A stretch of DNA of 64,000 bases, from assembly GCA_964524005.1 (NCBI GenBank), contig CAZGBK010000001.1:133187-197186 (forward strand), in the 5' to 3' direction. Every line of letters begins with the position of its first letter. The stretch's first letter is position 1. Source of the stretch: an uncultured Enterobacteriaceae bacterium. GTDB lineage: Bacteria > Pseudomonadota > Gammaproteobacteria > Burkholderiales > UBA3065. Positions 9,905-22,162 of the stretch are shown here, piece by piece. The notes under the pieces were generated by a model that was not told the origin of the DNA, made no database searches, and saw nothing but the letters and a program-made list of their open reading frames with translations. A program made the position numbers and the translations under genes.

Positions 9905-12900
9905 TCGAGACCGCCATCCGCCGGCACGTACTGGCGATCATGCTCAATGCCGTGTTGGTACTGCTCGGGCTGATCGCCTACGACCGCATCGGCGTCGATC
10001 GCCTGCCCTACATCGAATTCCCCACCATCAGTGTCACGACCATCCAGCGGGGTGCCAACCCGGATGTCGTCGACGCGTCGATCACCAGCGTGGTCGAGAC
10101 GGCGGTGAACAGTGTTCCGGGCATCGAGCTGGTGACCTCCACCTCAACCCCGGGAACTTCGCAGGTCACGATTCAGTTCGAGCTGAACAAAGACATCGAT
10201 TCGGCCTATGCCGAGGTGCAATCGAAAGTGAACCGCGTGTTGCGGCAGCTACCGACCGACATCGACCCGCCGATCATCCGCAAGGTCGAATCGAACGCGC
10301 AGCCGATCCTGTGGCTCAGCCTGCAGGGCGACCGCACCCAGCAACAGCTCAACCAGTACGCGCTGAACGTGGTGAAGAAGCAGCTCGAGACCATCGACGG
10401 TGTCGGCGAGGTGCGTCTGGGTGGCCGCCGCGACCGAACCATCCGCGTCGAGCTCGACCCAGCGCGCATGGCCGCCTACGCCATCACCCCGGCCGAGGTC
10501 GCCGCGGCAGTGCGACGCGAGCATCTGCAAGCACCGGCCGGTTTCCTGGTCGAGGGCGATACTGAACAACTGCTGAAACTCGATCTTGAGTTCCACAGCA
10601 CCGACGCCCTGGAACGCCTGGTGGTGGCGACCCGCGATGGCGCCCGCATCCGTCTGGCCGACATCGCCCGTGTCGAGGACGGTCTGGCGGACTTCCGCTC
10701 GCTGGCGCGCTTCAACGCAGAGCCCTCGGTCGGCGTCGGCGTGGTGAAGATCGCCAACACCAACTCGGTGGCGATCATCGACGCGGTGAAGCAGCGGGTC
10801 GACGCGCAGATCCGGCCCAACCTGCCGCCGGGCATGCGGATCTCGATCGCCAATGACGACTCGGCGGTGATCCTCGAGATCGTCAACGCGCTGAAGGAAC
10901 ATCTGGTCGAGGGCACCCTGCTGGCGGCGCTGGTGGTGCTGCTGTTCCTGCGCAGTCTGCGCTCGACGCTGATCGTCGCCACCGCCATCCCGGTGTCGCT
11001 GATGGGGGCGGTGGCGGTGATGTATTTCGCCGGCTTCACCTTCAACGCCTTCACCCTGCTGGCACTCCTGCTGCTGATCGGGGTGGTGGTCGATGACGCC
11101 ATCGTCGTGCTCGAGAACATCGCCCGGCGCCGAGAGAAACTGGGCGAGGACGCCATGACCGCCGCCAGCCGCGGCACCCGCGAGGTGGTGTTCGCGGTGG
11201 TGGCGGCGACCCTGTCGCTGGTCGCCATCTTCGGCCCTGTGGTGTTCATCGGCGGGGTGGTCGGGCGCTTCTTTGCCAGTTTCGCGGTGGTCGTGTCGCT
11301 GGGGGTGCTGGCGTCGCTGTTCGTCTCGCTCACCCTGACGCCGGTGCTGTGTTCACGCTTCATGCAGCCGCCCGGCGAGGGCCGGGTGACGCGCTGGCTG
11401 GGCACCGCCTTCGACAGCATGGAGGCCGGCTACCGGCGACTGCTGCAATGGTCGCTGCGCCACCGCTGGTGGGTCATCGGCCTGGTGCTGCTGGCCGCCC
11501 TGCTCAGCGCTGCGGCGTTCACCCGCATCGGCAAGGCCTTCGCCCCCGACGAGGACGAATCGCGCTTCATCGTGAACCTGCGCACGCCGTTGGGCTCGAG
11601 CATCGAATACACCGACGCCCGACTGCGGGAGGTCGAAGCGATCATCCGGGCGCAGCCTGAGGTCACCGGCCTGTTCGCGGCGATCGGTCTGGGTGACGCC
11701 GGTCAGGTCAATCGCGCCTTCATGATCGTGCGGCTGCAACCGCGCCACGAGCGCAGCGTGCCGCAACAGGATGTGATCGCCCGTCTGCGCGGCGAATTGG
11801 CCGGTGTCGCCGGGGCCTCGGCCTTCCCCTCGCCGCCGTCGCTGGTCCCGGGCATGCGCGGCGACCCGCTGCAGTTCTCGGTGCTCGGCAACCGGCTGGA
11901 CGAGGTCGAGCGGGTCGGCATCGCGCTGCGCGAGCGGCTGGCGCAAGACCCGGCGATGGGCAGCATCGACCTCGACCTGCAGCTCGATCTCCCGCAGCTG
12001 CGCGTCGAAGTCGACCGCGAACGCGCGGCGATGGCCGGCCTGAGCGCCGACGAGATCGGCACGGCGTTCAACATCATGGTCGGCGGGCTCGACGTGGCGA
12101 AGTTCAACGACAGCCCGGGTGATGGCCAGCGCTACAACGTCCGCCTGAAGGGAGACGAACGGCAGTTCCGCTCGGCAGCGGATATCGGCCGCATCTTCCT
12201 GCGCACCCCGCAGGGCGACCTGGTCAGGCTTGACAGCGTCGCCCGCCTGGAGCGCGAGGCCGGAGCGGCGGTCATCACGCGGCTCGACGGACGCTTCGCG
12301 GCGAGCTTCTACAGCACACCGCTGATGCCGCTGGGCAATGCCGTCGACCGCGTGCGCGAGGTCGCCGCCGAAGTGCTGCCACCCGACTTCACGGTGCGCT
12401 TCACCGGCCAGGCCGACGAATTCGGCAAGACCATGCGGTCGATGGGCTTTGCCTTCGCACTCGCCCTGGTGCTGCTCTACATGGTGCTCGCCAGCCAGTT
12501 CAACTCCTTCGTGCAGCCGCTGTATGTGATGTTCGCGCAACCGCTGGCGATGATCGGTGGCGTGCTCGCGCTGTGGCTCACTGGCCACACGCTGAACATC
12601 TTCTCCTTGATCGGGTTGCTGCTCTTGATCGGGCTGGTGGCGAAGAACGCCATCCTGCTCATCGACCTCACCAACCAGCGTCGGGCGCAAGGCATGGCGA
12701 TCGACGAGGCGTTGCTGGACGCCTGCCCGATCCGCCTGCGGCCGCTACTGATGACCTCGCTGACGGTGGTGCTGGCGATGCTGCCAGCGGCGCTTGGTCT
12801 GGCCGCCGGCTCGGCCAGCAACGCCCCACTCGCCGTCGCGGTGATCGGCGGGATGCTGTCATCGACACTGCTGACGCTGGTGGTGGTGCCAGCGGTCTAT

Positions 12901-12948
12901 TCGCTGCTGGAGCGCTGGCTGGCAGGGCGCAAGCGCAGGCCGGTCTAG
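9901..12948 (+). CDS. RND (AcrB/HAE1-type) efflux permease with no adjacent adaptor or outer-membrane factor gene
   Basis: 1015 aa with 12-TM AcrB-like architecture and typical N-terminus. Start ATG overlaps the peptidase stop (ATGA). Confidence 0.9.
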   Translation: MIETAIRRHVLAIMLNAVLVLLGLIAYDRIGVDRLPYIEFPTISVTTIQRGANPDVVDASITSVVETAVNSVPGIELVTSTSTPGTSQVTIQFELNKDIDSAYAEVQSKVNRVLRQLPTDIDPPIIRKVESNAQPILWLSLQGDRTQQQLNQYALNVVKKQLETIDGVGEVRLGGRRDRTIRVELDPARMAAYAITPAEVAAAVRREHLQAPAGFLVEGDTEQLLKLDLEFHSTDALERLVVATRDGARIRLADIARVEDGLADFRSLARFNAEPSVGVGVVKIANTNSVAIIDAVKQRVDAQIRPNLPPGMRISIANDDSAVILEIVNALKEHLVEGTLLAALVVLLFLRSLRSTLIVATAIPVSLMGAVAVMYFAGFTFNAFTLLALLLLIGVVVDDAIVVLENIARRREKLGEDAMTAASRGTREVVFAVVAATLSLVAIFGPVVFIGGVVGRFFASFAVVVSLGVLASLFVSLTLTPVLCSRFMQPPGEGRVTRWLGTAFDSMEAGYRRLLQWSLRHRWWVIGLVLLAALLSAAAFTRIGKAFAPDEDESRFIVNLRTPLGSSIEYTDARLREVEAIIRAQPEVTGLFAAIGLGDAGQVNRAFMIVRLQPRHERSVPQQDVIARLRGELAGVAGASAFPSPPSLVPGMRGDPLQFSVLGNRLDEVERVGIALRERLAQDPAMGSIDLDLQLDLPQLRVEVDRERAAMAGLSADEIGTAFNIMVGGLDVAKFNDSPGDGQRYNVRLKGDERQFRSAADIGRIFLRTPQGDLVRLDSVARLEREAGAAVITRLDGRFAASFYSTPLMPLGNAVDRVREVAAEVLPPDFTVRFTGQADEFGKTMRSMGFAFALALVLLYMVLASQFNSFVQPLYVMFAQPLAMIGGVLALWLTGHTLNIFSLIGLLLLIGLVAKNAILLIDLTNQRRAQGMAIDEALLDACPIRLRPLLMTSLTVVLAMLPAALGLAAGSASNAPLAVAVIGGMLSSTLLTLVVVPAVYSLLERWLAGRKRRPV

Positions 12949-12970
12949 AGCCCGCCGATACGGTGCGGGC

Positions 12971-13336
12971 CTAGTCCGCCCACTCGCTCTTCAGAACCTT
13001 CCATTCCTGCTTGCCGCCCTCGATATTGGAGCAGCCCAACGCCTCGGGCTCGCCCCCGGGCGCCAGCAAAGAGCGGCCACGATCGGCAGTGCGGGTATCC
13101 ATATACCAGCGCTCGAGCACAAGTCTCATGGTGCGGGTCGGATGGGTGTTGGCGATATAGATCATCACGCCATTGCGTTGCACACACTTGGCATCGAAGT
13201 CGGTGCTAAAAGCGATAAACGATGCCGGGTCTTCGTCAGCCCGGGCCGTGGCGATCGTCCCCGGCGCCAAGGCGAGCGCAGCGGGCAAGAGCAGTGCAGC
13301 CACAAGGCAGTCACGTGATCGGCGCAGCATTCGCAT
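12971..13336 (-). CDS. Hypothetical exported protein
   Basis: 121 aa. N-terminal signal peptide (LLLPAALALAPG), two Cys, no recognisable motif. Coding-like GC3. Confidence 0.5.
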   Translation of the reverse strand: MRMLRRSRDCLVAALLLPAALALAPGTIATARADEDPASFIAFSTDFDAKCVQRNGVMIYIANTHPTRTMRLVLERWYMDTRTADRGRSLLAPGGEPEALGCSNIEGGKQEWKVLKSEWAD

Positions 13337-13441
13337 GTGTTCTTAAACTCCCTGGAAGCGCAGTGGTCTGAGTCAGTCCTCAGACGCGCCCTGTGGTTCC
13401 CAGCCGAAGACCTCGATAAAGTCCGCCAGCCCCGCCAAACC

Positions 13442-14404
13442 ATGACCAGACTCGCCCAGATACGCTGTTTCTCTGTACTCGCCATTGCCAGCTTGCTGCA
13501 CGCTTGCTCGCCGATTCGGGTGCTGAATGCGATGGTGCCCGAGGACACCCACCGACGGGTACCAGACCTGGCCTACGGTGAACACCCGCGGCAACAGCTC
13601 GACCTCTATCTGCCAGTGGCTCAGGCTGGTCCCGCGCCGGTGGTGGTGTTCTTCTATGGCGGTAGCTGGCAAGGCGGCGCCCGCGAACAGTACCGCTTTG
13701 TTGGCGAAGCACTGGCGGCGCGCGGCATCGTCACCGTAGTCGCCGACTATCGGCTCTACCCCGAGGTGCGCTACCCCGACTTCCTCCACGACTCGGCCGC
13801 AGCGGTCGGCTGGGTCCGCCGCGAAATCGCCACCTGGGGTGGCGACCCACAACGCCTGGTCTTGGCTGGCCACAGCGCCGGCGCGTACAACGCCGCGATG
13901 CTGGCTCTGGACCCGCGCTGGCTGGCCGACGCCGGACTGCGCCCGGAGACCAGCATCGCCGGCTGGGTCGGGATCGCCGGCCCATACAATTTCCGGCCCA
14001 TCGTCAGCCGCTCGCTGAAAGCGATCTTCAACCCGCCGACGACGCCCGAACTCACCCCCGACGAGACACAGCCGATCACGCATGCCACCGAGTCAGCGCC
14101 CCCAGCGCTGCTGCTTGCCCCGCTGAAAGACCATCTGGTCTACACCGACCGCAACACCGGCCGCTTGGCCGAGCGCTTGCGCGAACTGGCGGTGCCGGTC
14201 GAAGAGCGCTACTACGAGCGCCTGAATCATTACACCGTGATCGGTGCGATGGGCCGACCGCTACGGCAACTGGGTCCGGTGATCGACGATGTCGCCAGCT
14301 TTGTGCTGGCCCTACCGAGCCTGGACACGACGCCGGTGCAGCGCACGGCACAACCTGCGCCTACCCCGGCCCGCGAGCGGCCACAGGCAGAAGTCTTGAA
14401 TTGA
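13442..14404 (+). CDS. Alpha/beta hydrolase (esterase/lipase-type), probable lipoprotein
   Basis: GHSAGAY nucleophile elbow and FFYGGSW oxyanion region. Start chosen at ATG 13442 ahead of the lipobox-like LLHAC; the ORF extends to 13337. Confidence 0.75.
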   Translation: MTRLAQIRCFSVLAIASLLHACSPIRVLNAMVPEDTHRRVPDLAYGEHPRQQLDLYLPVAQAGPAPVVVFFYGGSWQGGAREQYRFVGEALAARGIVTVVADYRLYPEVRYPDFLHDSAAAVGWVRREIATWGGDPQRLVLAGHSAGAYNAAMLALDPRWLADAGLRPETSIAGWVGIAGPYNFRPIVSRSLKAIFNPPTTPELTPDETQPITHATESAPPALLLAPLKDHLVYTDRNTGRLAERLRELAVPVEERYYERLNHYTVIGAMGRPLRQLGPVIDDVASFVLALPSLDTTPVQRTAQPAPTPARERPQAEVLN

Positions 14405-14467
14405 CCTATTCTTGAAGACGTGCGGGGCCGATGTAGTGGACCCCGATACGCTGTTGAGGAGGTCGCC

Positions 14468-15292
14468 GTGTCGCTACGACTGCTCGTCTGCTCGCTACTG
14501 TTGACCAGTGTCTTGGCATCGGGCACGACTTTGGCCAACGTGTTTGGTGACGATCGCCGCGTACAAGACACCGGGGATCGCGAGCCCCAGCGCTGGGTCG
14601 GACAGCTGATCAGCGGTCGCGAGCATTTTCAAACCGGCAGTGCAGTGCTGGTGGGCGAATGCCACATTCTCACGGCCTTCCATTCAGCGTTCTTCCGACG
14701 CGACGGCGGTCTATACCGGCCCGGCGCCCATGTGGTGTCCCTGTTTTTGCTGCAACCCGACCCAGACCAACCTGGCGAATTCCACCGACGCTCGATCGCC
14801 CGGCCGGTGCTGTGGGGCGACTTCAGCCGCCACTCCCTGCGAGGACAGGCCGAGGACTGGGCCTTGCTGGAACTGGACGACTGCCTGGGCCGTGAGCTGG
14901 GCTTTGCAGCAGTGGCCGAGCCGGGGGCGAAGTCGCGTACCGGTTTTGGCGATCTGCTGTTTGCAGGCTTTCCACAGTCGCGGCGCGGCCAGACTGGCGT
15001 CACTATCGAGCGCAGCTGTCATGCCTGGGACAGCGGACCGCTGGTGCCGATCGTCGGGGTCGACTGCGCATTCGAGCGCGGCGCTTCGGGCGGGCCGTTG
15101 CTCGAGCGCATCAACGGCACGTGGACTGTGGTCGGACTGGCCAGCTACCGCAGCAACCCGGTCGATACCCCACTGCCCGCGTACCACAGCAAGCACCGCA
15201 ACGTGATGGTGTCGTCGGATGCGTTCAGCGCCCGCGTTGGGGAGGTGCTGGCCAAAGAGCGATCGGGGTTGCTGAAGGCGGGGGAACGCTGA
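14468..15292 (+). CDS. Secreted trypsin-like (S1 family) serine peptidase
   Basis: His (LTAFH), Asp (DWALLELD) and Ser (GASGGPLL) triad contexts. GTG start 14468 lies 6 nt after SD GAGGAGG and is followed by a signal peptide. Confidence 0.7.
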   Translation: MSLRLLVCSLLLTSVLASGTTLANVFGDDRRVQDTGDREPQRWVGQLISGREHFQTGSAVLVGECHILTAFHSAFFRRDGGLYRPGAHVVSLFLLQPDPDQPGEFHRRSIARPVLWGDFSRHSLRGQAEDWALLELDDCLGRELGFAAVAEPGAKSRTGFGDLLFAGFPQSRRGQTGVTIERSCHAWDSGPLVPIVGVDCAFERGASGGPLLERINGTWTVVGLASYRSNPVDTPLPAYHSKHRNVMVSSDAFSARVGEVLAKERSGLLKAGER

Positions 15293-15335
15293 CGGAGCAT
15301 CGACCTTCCGGTCTTGTATCTCGCTACCATCCAGC

Positions 15336-15881
15336 ATGGCTCTCCGCTCCATTGTTCATAAAGCTGACCTGCAGGTCAGCGACCTCGACCGCCAGGTGTT
15401 TGGATCGCAAGCGCTGTCGCTGGCGCTGCACCCCTCCGAAACCGAAGAGCGCCTGATGGTCCGCCTGCTCGCCTACGCCCTGCACTTCGGCGAGGGCCTG
15501 GCGTTCGGCCGCGGCATCTCCTCCGACGATGAAGCCGCCGTGTGGCAGCACGACCTCGCCGGCAACCTGCAGCTGTGGGTCGAGGTCGGCCTGCCTGATG
15601 AACGTTTGCTGCGCCGCGCCGCCGGCCGCGCGCGCGAGGTGGTGCTGTACGCCTACGGTGGCCGCGCGGTGAGCGTGTGGTGGCAACAGAACCGCGAGCA
15701 ACTGGCGCGGCTGTCCAACCTGCGCGTGTTCGAGATGCCGCAGGATCTGAGCCGGGCGCTGGCCGCCTGCGCCGCGCGCAACATGGCCGTGCAGGTCACG
15801 GTGCAGGACGGGCTGATCTGGTTCGCGGTGGGCGAGACCACCGTCGAAGGAACGCTGACGCGACTGCAGCCGGCGGACTGA
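15336..15881 (+). CDS. yaeQ: YaeQ family protein
   Basis: 181 aa. N-terminus MALRSIVHKADLQVSDLDR... and HPSETEERLMVRLLAYAL are typical of YaeQ. Confidence 0.85.
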   Translation: MALRSIVHKADLQVSDLDRQVFGSQALSLALHPSETEERLMVRLLAYALHFGEGLAFGRGISSDDEAAVWQHDLAGNLQLWVEVGLPDERLLRRAAGRAREVVLYAYGGRAVSVWWQQNREQLARLSNLRVFEMPQDLSRALAACAARNMAVQVTVQDGLIWFAVGETTVEGTLTRLQPAD

Positions 15882-15951
15882 GCCAGCGGAATGGCAGCCA
15901 TCCCGCGCGCCAAACCCTCCTGCACTAAACCCGGACTACACCCGACCCGGA

Positions 15952-18771
<2,820 letters not shown>

Positions 18772-18908
18772 TCGAAGGGTCGCAAAGGGCAAACCTGCTA
18801 ATATTAGTCTTTCGCTGCGGCGCACCCAATGCCGATTCGCAGCTGCGGTGCCCAAAGCACCCCGATCGCGCCGCCCGTCGGCGCTCCGCCCACTGCCAAC
18901 AAGGGCTC

Positions 18909-20144
18909 ATGTCCGACACTGCACCAGTCACCGCAGACCGTATGAGCCGCGAAGAGCTCCGCGCCACCGCTTGGCTGGCGTCGCTGTCGGCCCTGCGCCT
19001 GTTCGGCCTGTTTGTGATTCTGCCGGTGTTTGCGCTGTATGCGCAGACGCTGCCGGGCGGCAACAATCACGCTTGGGTCGGGCTAGCGATGGGTATCTAT
19101 GGCCTGACTCAGGGTGTGCTACAGATTCCGTTCGGCTGGTTGTCCGATCGCATCGGACGTCGGCCAGTTCTGTACGCCGGTCTGTCGCTCTTCGCACTGG
19201 GCAGCATCATCGCTGCGTGGGCACCCGATCTGTTCTGGGTGACCATCGGCCGCGCGCTGCAGGGCGCCGGCGCCATCTCGGGCGTGGTACTTGCCTGCGT
19301 CGGCGACGTCACCCGCGAGCAACATCGCACCAAAGCGATGGCCTTCATCGGTGTCAGCATCGGCTTGACCTTTGCCGGGTCGCTGGCGCTCGGCCCTTTG
19401 CTCGAGCAGGCGATCGGCGTGCCGGGCATCTTCGCGCTGACCGGCATACTCGCCGTTCTGGCCCTGCTCGTGGTGCGCCGCGTAGTGCCGGAGCGCAGCA
19501 GCACAGTCATCGTCTCGCCGGTCGCGTTCCGGGAGGTTCTTCGCTCCCGCGAACTGGCGCGCCTGAATGTCGGCGTGTTCGCGCTGCATCTGACGCTGAT
19601 GGCGCTGTTCGTTGCCATCCCGCTGATGCTGCGCGACGCCGGTCTGGTCGAGACCCGCCACTGGCAGGTGTATCTGGCCGCCATGATCGCTGCAGTGGTG
19701 CTCATGGTGCCGGCACTGATCGTTGCCGAGCGGCGCGGCATGGGCAAACAGGTGATGCTGGGCGGGATCGTGCTACTTCTGATCAGCCAGGGAGTGCTGG
19801 GCGGCTCGGTCGACGCTTCGTTGGCGCTGCTGGTTGGCGCGCTGCTGGCCTACTTTGTCGCATTCAATATCCTGGAAGCGCAATTGCCAGCGATGATCTC
19901 GCGCTTTGCACCGGCTGGCGCACGCGGATCGGCCAGCGGGCTCTATGCGACACTGCAATTCATCGGCACCTTCATCGGCGGTGCCGCAGGTGGGTGGCTG
20001 TATGAACACTACGGTTCATCTGCCGTATTCGCGTTCTGCACCGCAGTCACTACGATATGGCTGCTGGCGGCGCTGGGCATGCCGGCTTTGCCCACTCGTT
20101 CATCGTCGTCGCAAGGCGCCCGCCAGGGCACTGCTTCCACCTGA
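18909..20144 (+). CDS. MFS transporter
   Basis: 411 aa, about 12 hydrophobic helices, MFS loop motif [11 protein letters not shown]. Divergent from uvrA and followed 17 nt later by ssb. Confidence 0.85.
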   Translation: MSDTAPVTADRMSREELRATAWLASLSALRLFGLFVILPVFALYAQTLPGGNNHAWVGLAMGIYGLTQGVLQIPFGWLSDRIGRRPVLYAGLSLFALGSIIAAWAPDLFWVTIGRALQGAGAISGVVLACVGDVTREQHRTKAMAFIGVSIGLTFAGSLALGPLLEQAIGVPGIFALTGILAVLALLVVRRVVPERSSTVIVSPVAFREVLRSRELARLNVGVFALHLTLMALFVAIPLMLRDAGLVETRHWQVYLAAMIAAVVLMVPALIVAERRGMGKQVMLGGIVLLLISQGVLGGSVDASLALLVGALLAYFVAFNILEAQLPAMISRFAPAGARGSASGLYATLQFIGTFIGGAAGGWLYEHYGSSAVFAFCTAVTTIWLLAALGMPALPTRSSSSQGARQGTAST

Positions 20145-20161
20145 CCTTCGGAGAATCTCGC

Positions 20162-20647
20162 ATGGCCTCGGTCAACAAAGTCATCCTCATCGGCAACCTC
20201 GGACGCGACCCCGAGGTGCGCTACCTGCCCAGCGGCTCGGCTGTCTGCAACCTGCGCCTCGCCACCACCGAGTCGTGGAAAGACAAGGCCAGCGGCGAGA
20301 AAAAAGAGATCACCGAATGGCATTCCGTGGTGCTGTTCGACAAGCTTGCCGAGATTGCCGGTGAATACCTGCGCAAAGGCCGCTCGGTCTACATCGAGGG
20401 TCGCCTGCAGACGCGCAAGTGGCAAGACAAAGAGACCGGCGCCGACCGCTACAGTACCGAGATCCGCGGCGACACCATGCAGATGCTGGGCGGACGCGAG
20501 GGCGGCATGGGTGCGGACGAGGGTGGTGGCGCTCCCGCACCGCGCAGCCAGGCCCGACCGGCAGCGGCCAAGGCCGCAGCGCCTGGGGCAGCCGCCGGCC
20601 AAGGCGGCGACCCATATGACAGCTTCGAGGACGACGTCCCGTTCTAG
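20162..20647 (+). CDS. ssb: Single-stranded DNA-binding protein
   Basis: [23 protein letters not shown]-fold N-terminus, Gly/Ala-rich linker, acidic tail DSFEDDVPF. Confidence 0.95.
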   Translation: MASVNKVILIGNLGRDPEVRYLPSGSAVCNLRLATTESWKDKASGEKKEITEWHSVVLFDKLAEIAGEYLRKGRSVYIEGRLQTRKWQDKETGADRYSTEIRGDTMQMLGGREGGMGADEGGGAPAPRSQARPAAAKAAAPGAAAGQGGDPYDSFEDDVPF

Positions 20648-20684
20648 TCAGAGGAGCCGTGAGACCGCGGGCTGGCTGCCTGGC

Positions 20685-21533
20685 TCAGGCAGCGGTCGGT
20701 CTCAGCGATCTGCGGTAGCGGTTCAGGTCTTGCACCGTCTCGAAGGTCTGCTCGAACAAGCTCGAAAGGTTACGCAAGATGCCGCCAGTGACGCGTCGCT
20801 CGCACTCGGCATCGAAGCGGATCTGCTCGTCCAACCAGTGCTCGAGCCACTCCGGATCGGGCAGCCGGCTCTGCACCGTGTCGTTGGGGAACAGCGCCTC
20901 GTTGACGTGCAGGTTGGTCGGGTGCAGCGGCTTGCCCGCGCGTTTCGGGCTGGCCATCAGCATGCCGATCTTAGCGAACGCAGCGCGCGCCTCGTTGCCA
21001 GCGCACTCGATGGCCCGCTTCATGAATTTGAGGTAAGCCCCGCCGTGACGCGCCTCGTCGCGTGAGAGCAGGTCGTAGATGTGCTTGATCACCGGCTCGG
21101 TGTGCCATTCAGCAGCACGCCGGTACCACTGGGTGAGCCGCACCTCGCCGCAAAAGTGGAGCATCAGCGTCTCGTAGGGCGGCGCCGGGTCAAACTCGAA
21201 GCGCACCGCGTGCAGCTCGGCCTCGGTCGGCGCCAGATCCGGCCGGAAACGGCGCAGGTACTCCATCATCACCAAGGAATGCTTCTGCTCCTCGTAGAAC
21301 CAGATGCTCATGAACGCCGAGAAATCGGAGTCGTGGCGGTTGTCGCGCAGGAACATCTCGGTGGCCGGCAGCGCCGCCCACTCGGTGATGGCGTTGTACT
21401 TGATGGTCTTGGCCTGCTCGTCAGACAGCAGGCCGGCGTCGAAAGCGTCCCAAGGCACATCGTCCGCCATGTTCCAGCGCGCCTTCTCCAGCGACTTGAA
21501 GAGTTCCGGGTAAAGCATCGGTGGTTCAGTCAA
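20685..21533 (-). CDS. Ferritin-like di-iron carboxylate protein (acyl-ACP desaturase / AurF-like)
   Basis: Two E..H-type motifs (EEQKH, DEARH) in a ~280 aa helical protein. The start is uncertain (TTG 21533 or ATG 21518). Overlaps or abuts the stop of the upstream BON gene. Confidence 0.55.
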   Translation of the reverse strand: MTEPPMLYPELFKSLEKARWNMADDVPWDAFDAGLLSDEQAKTIKYNAITEWAALPATEMFLRDNRHDSDFSAFMSIWFYEEQKHSLVMMEYLRRFRPDLAPTEAELHAVRFEFDPAPPYETLMLHFCGEVRLTQWYRRAAEWHTEPVIKHIYDLLSRDEARHGGAYLKFMKRAIECAGNEARAAFAKIGMLMASPKRAGKPLHPTNLHVNEALFPNDTVQSRLPDPEWLEHWLDEQIRFDAECERRVTGGILRNLSSLFEQTFETVQDLNRYRRSLRPTAA

Positions 21534-22107
21534 TCATCTCGAACAATTTGACCACACCCTTGACGCCCGGGGTGGCAGCAGCCAGTGCGGTGGCTTCTTC
21601 GGCCTCGGCCGGCTTGACCAGACCCATCAGATAAACCGTCCCCATCTCGGTGACGACCTTCACATGGTTCGCTGAAAAGCCTTTGTCACGGCCCAAGAAA
21701 CGCGTCTTCACGCGCGATGTGATGTAGGTGTCGTTGCTGCGCTCGCCGAGAGTGGCCGGTGGCGCCACCTTGAGCTCGTTGTGCACTTTACGCACATTCT
21801 CGATATCGGCCGCTAGCTTGCCGACACGCTCGCGTGTGGCCTCGTCGGGCACTTGGCCGGTGAGCAGCACGATGCGGTTGAAACTGGTGAAGTTAATCTT
21901 GGTCTGGGTGCGATTTTCCAACTTGTTGACTTCGGCAAACCCCCGCAACTCAATGCGTTCATCCTCGATGTAGATGCCGCTGGTCCGACGGTCGTCGATC
22001 ATCATGGCGCCGGCACCAACGCCACCGGCAACGATCGGGAAACAACCCGACAAGCCAACAGTGAGCAGGGGGGCCAGCAGGGCAATGGCGGGAACGGTCA
22101 GGCGCAT
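21526..22107 (-). CDS. BON-domain lipoprotein (DolP/YraP-like)
   Basis: 193 aa, lipobox LSGC, two BON-like repeats. Lies downstream of yraN, as in the enterobacterial yraN..yraP locus. Confidence 0.8.
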   Translation of the reverse strand: MRLTVPAIALLAPLLTVGLSGCFPIVAGGVGAGAMMIDDRRTSGIYIEDERIELRGFAEVNKLENRTQTKINFTSFNRIVLLTGQVPDEATRERVGKLAADIENVRKVHNELKVAPPATLGERSNDTYITSRVKTRFLGRDKGFSANHVKVVTEMGTVYLMGLVKPAEAEEATALAAATPGVKGVVKLFEMID

Positions 22108-22162
22108 GTCTTCTCCACGGTGCGGGTGACGGATAACAGACCAATGTTTCAGTCACATTGTT

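Noticed and set aside
18794-18810. CCTGCTAATATTAGTCT as a LexA (SOS) box shared by uvrA and ssb.
   Set aside because: The left half (CTGc) is close to CTGT, but the right half (GTCT) does not match ACAG. Only the inner 10 bp is palindromic. It is kept as an open question in the findings.
20661-20703. Long imperfect hairpin (GAGACCG...CGGTCTC with inner CTGCCT/AGGCAG) as the ssb terminator.
   Set aside because: It has no U-tract on either strand and overlaps the last codons of the convergent di-iron protein gene. The evidence is too weak to annotate it.
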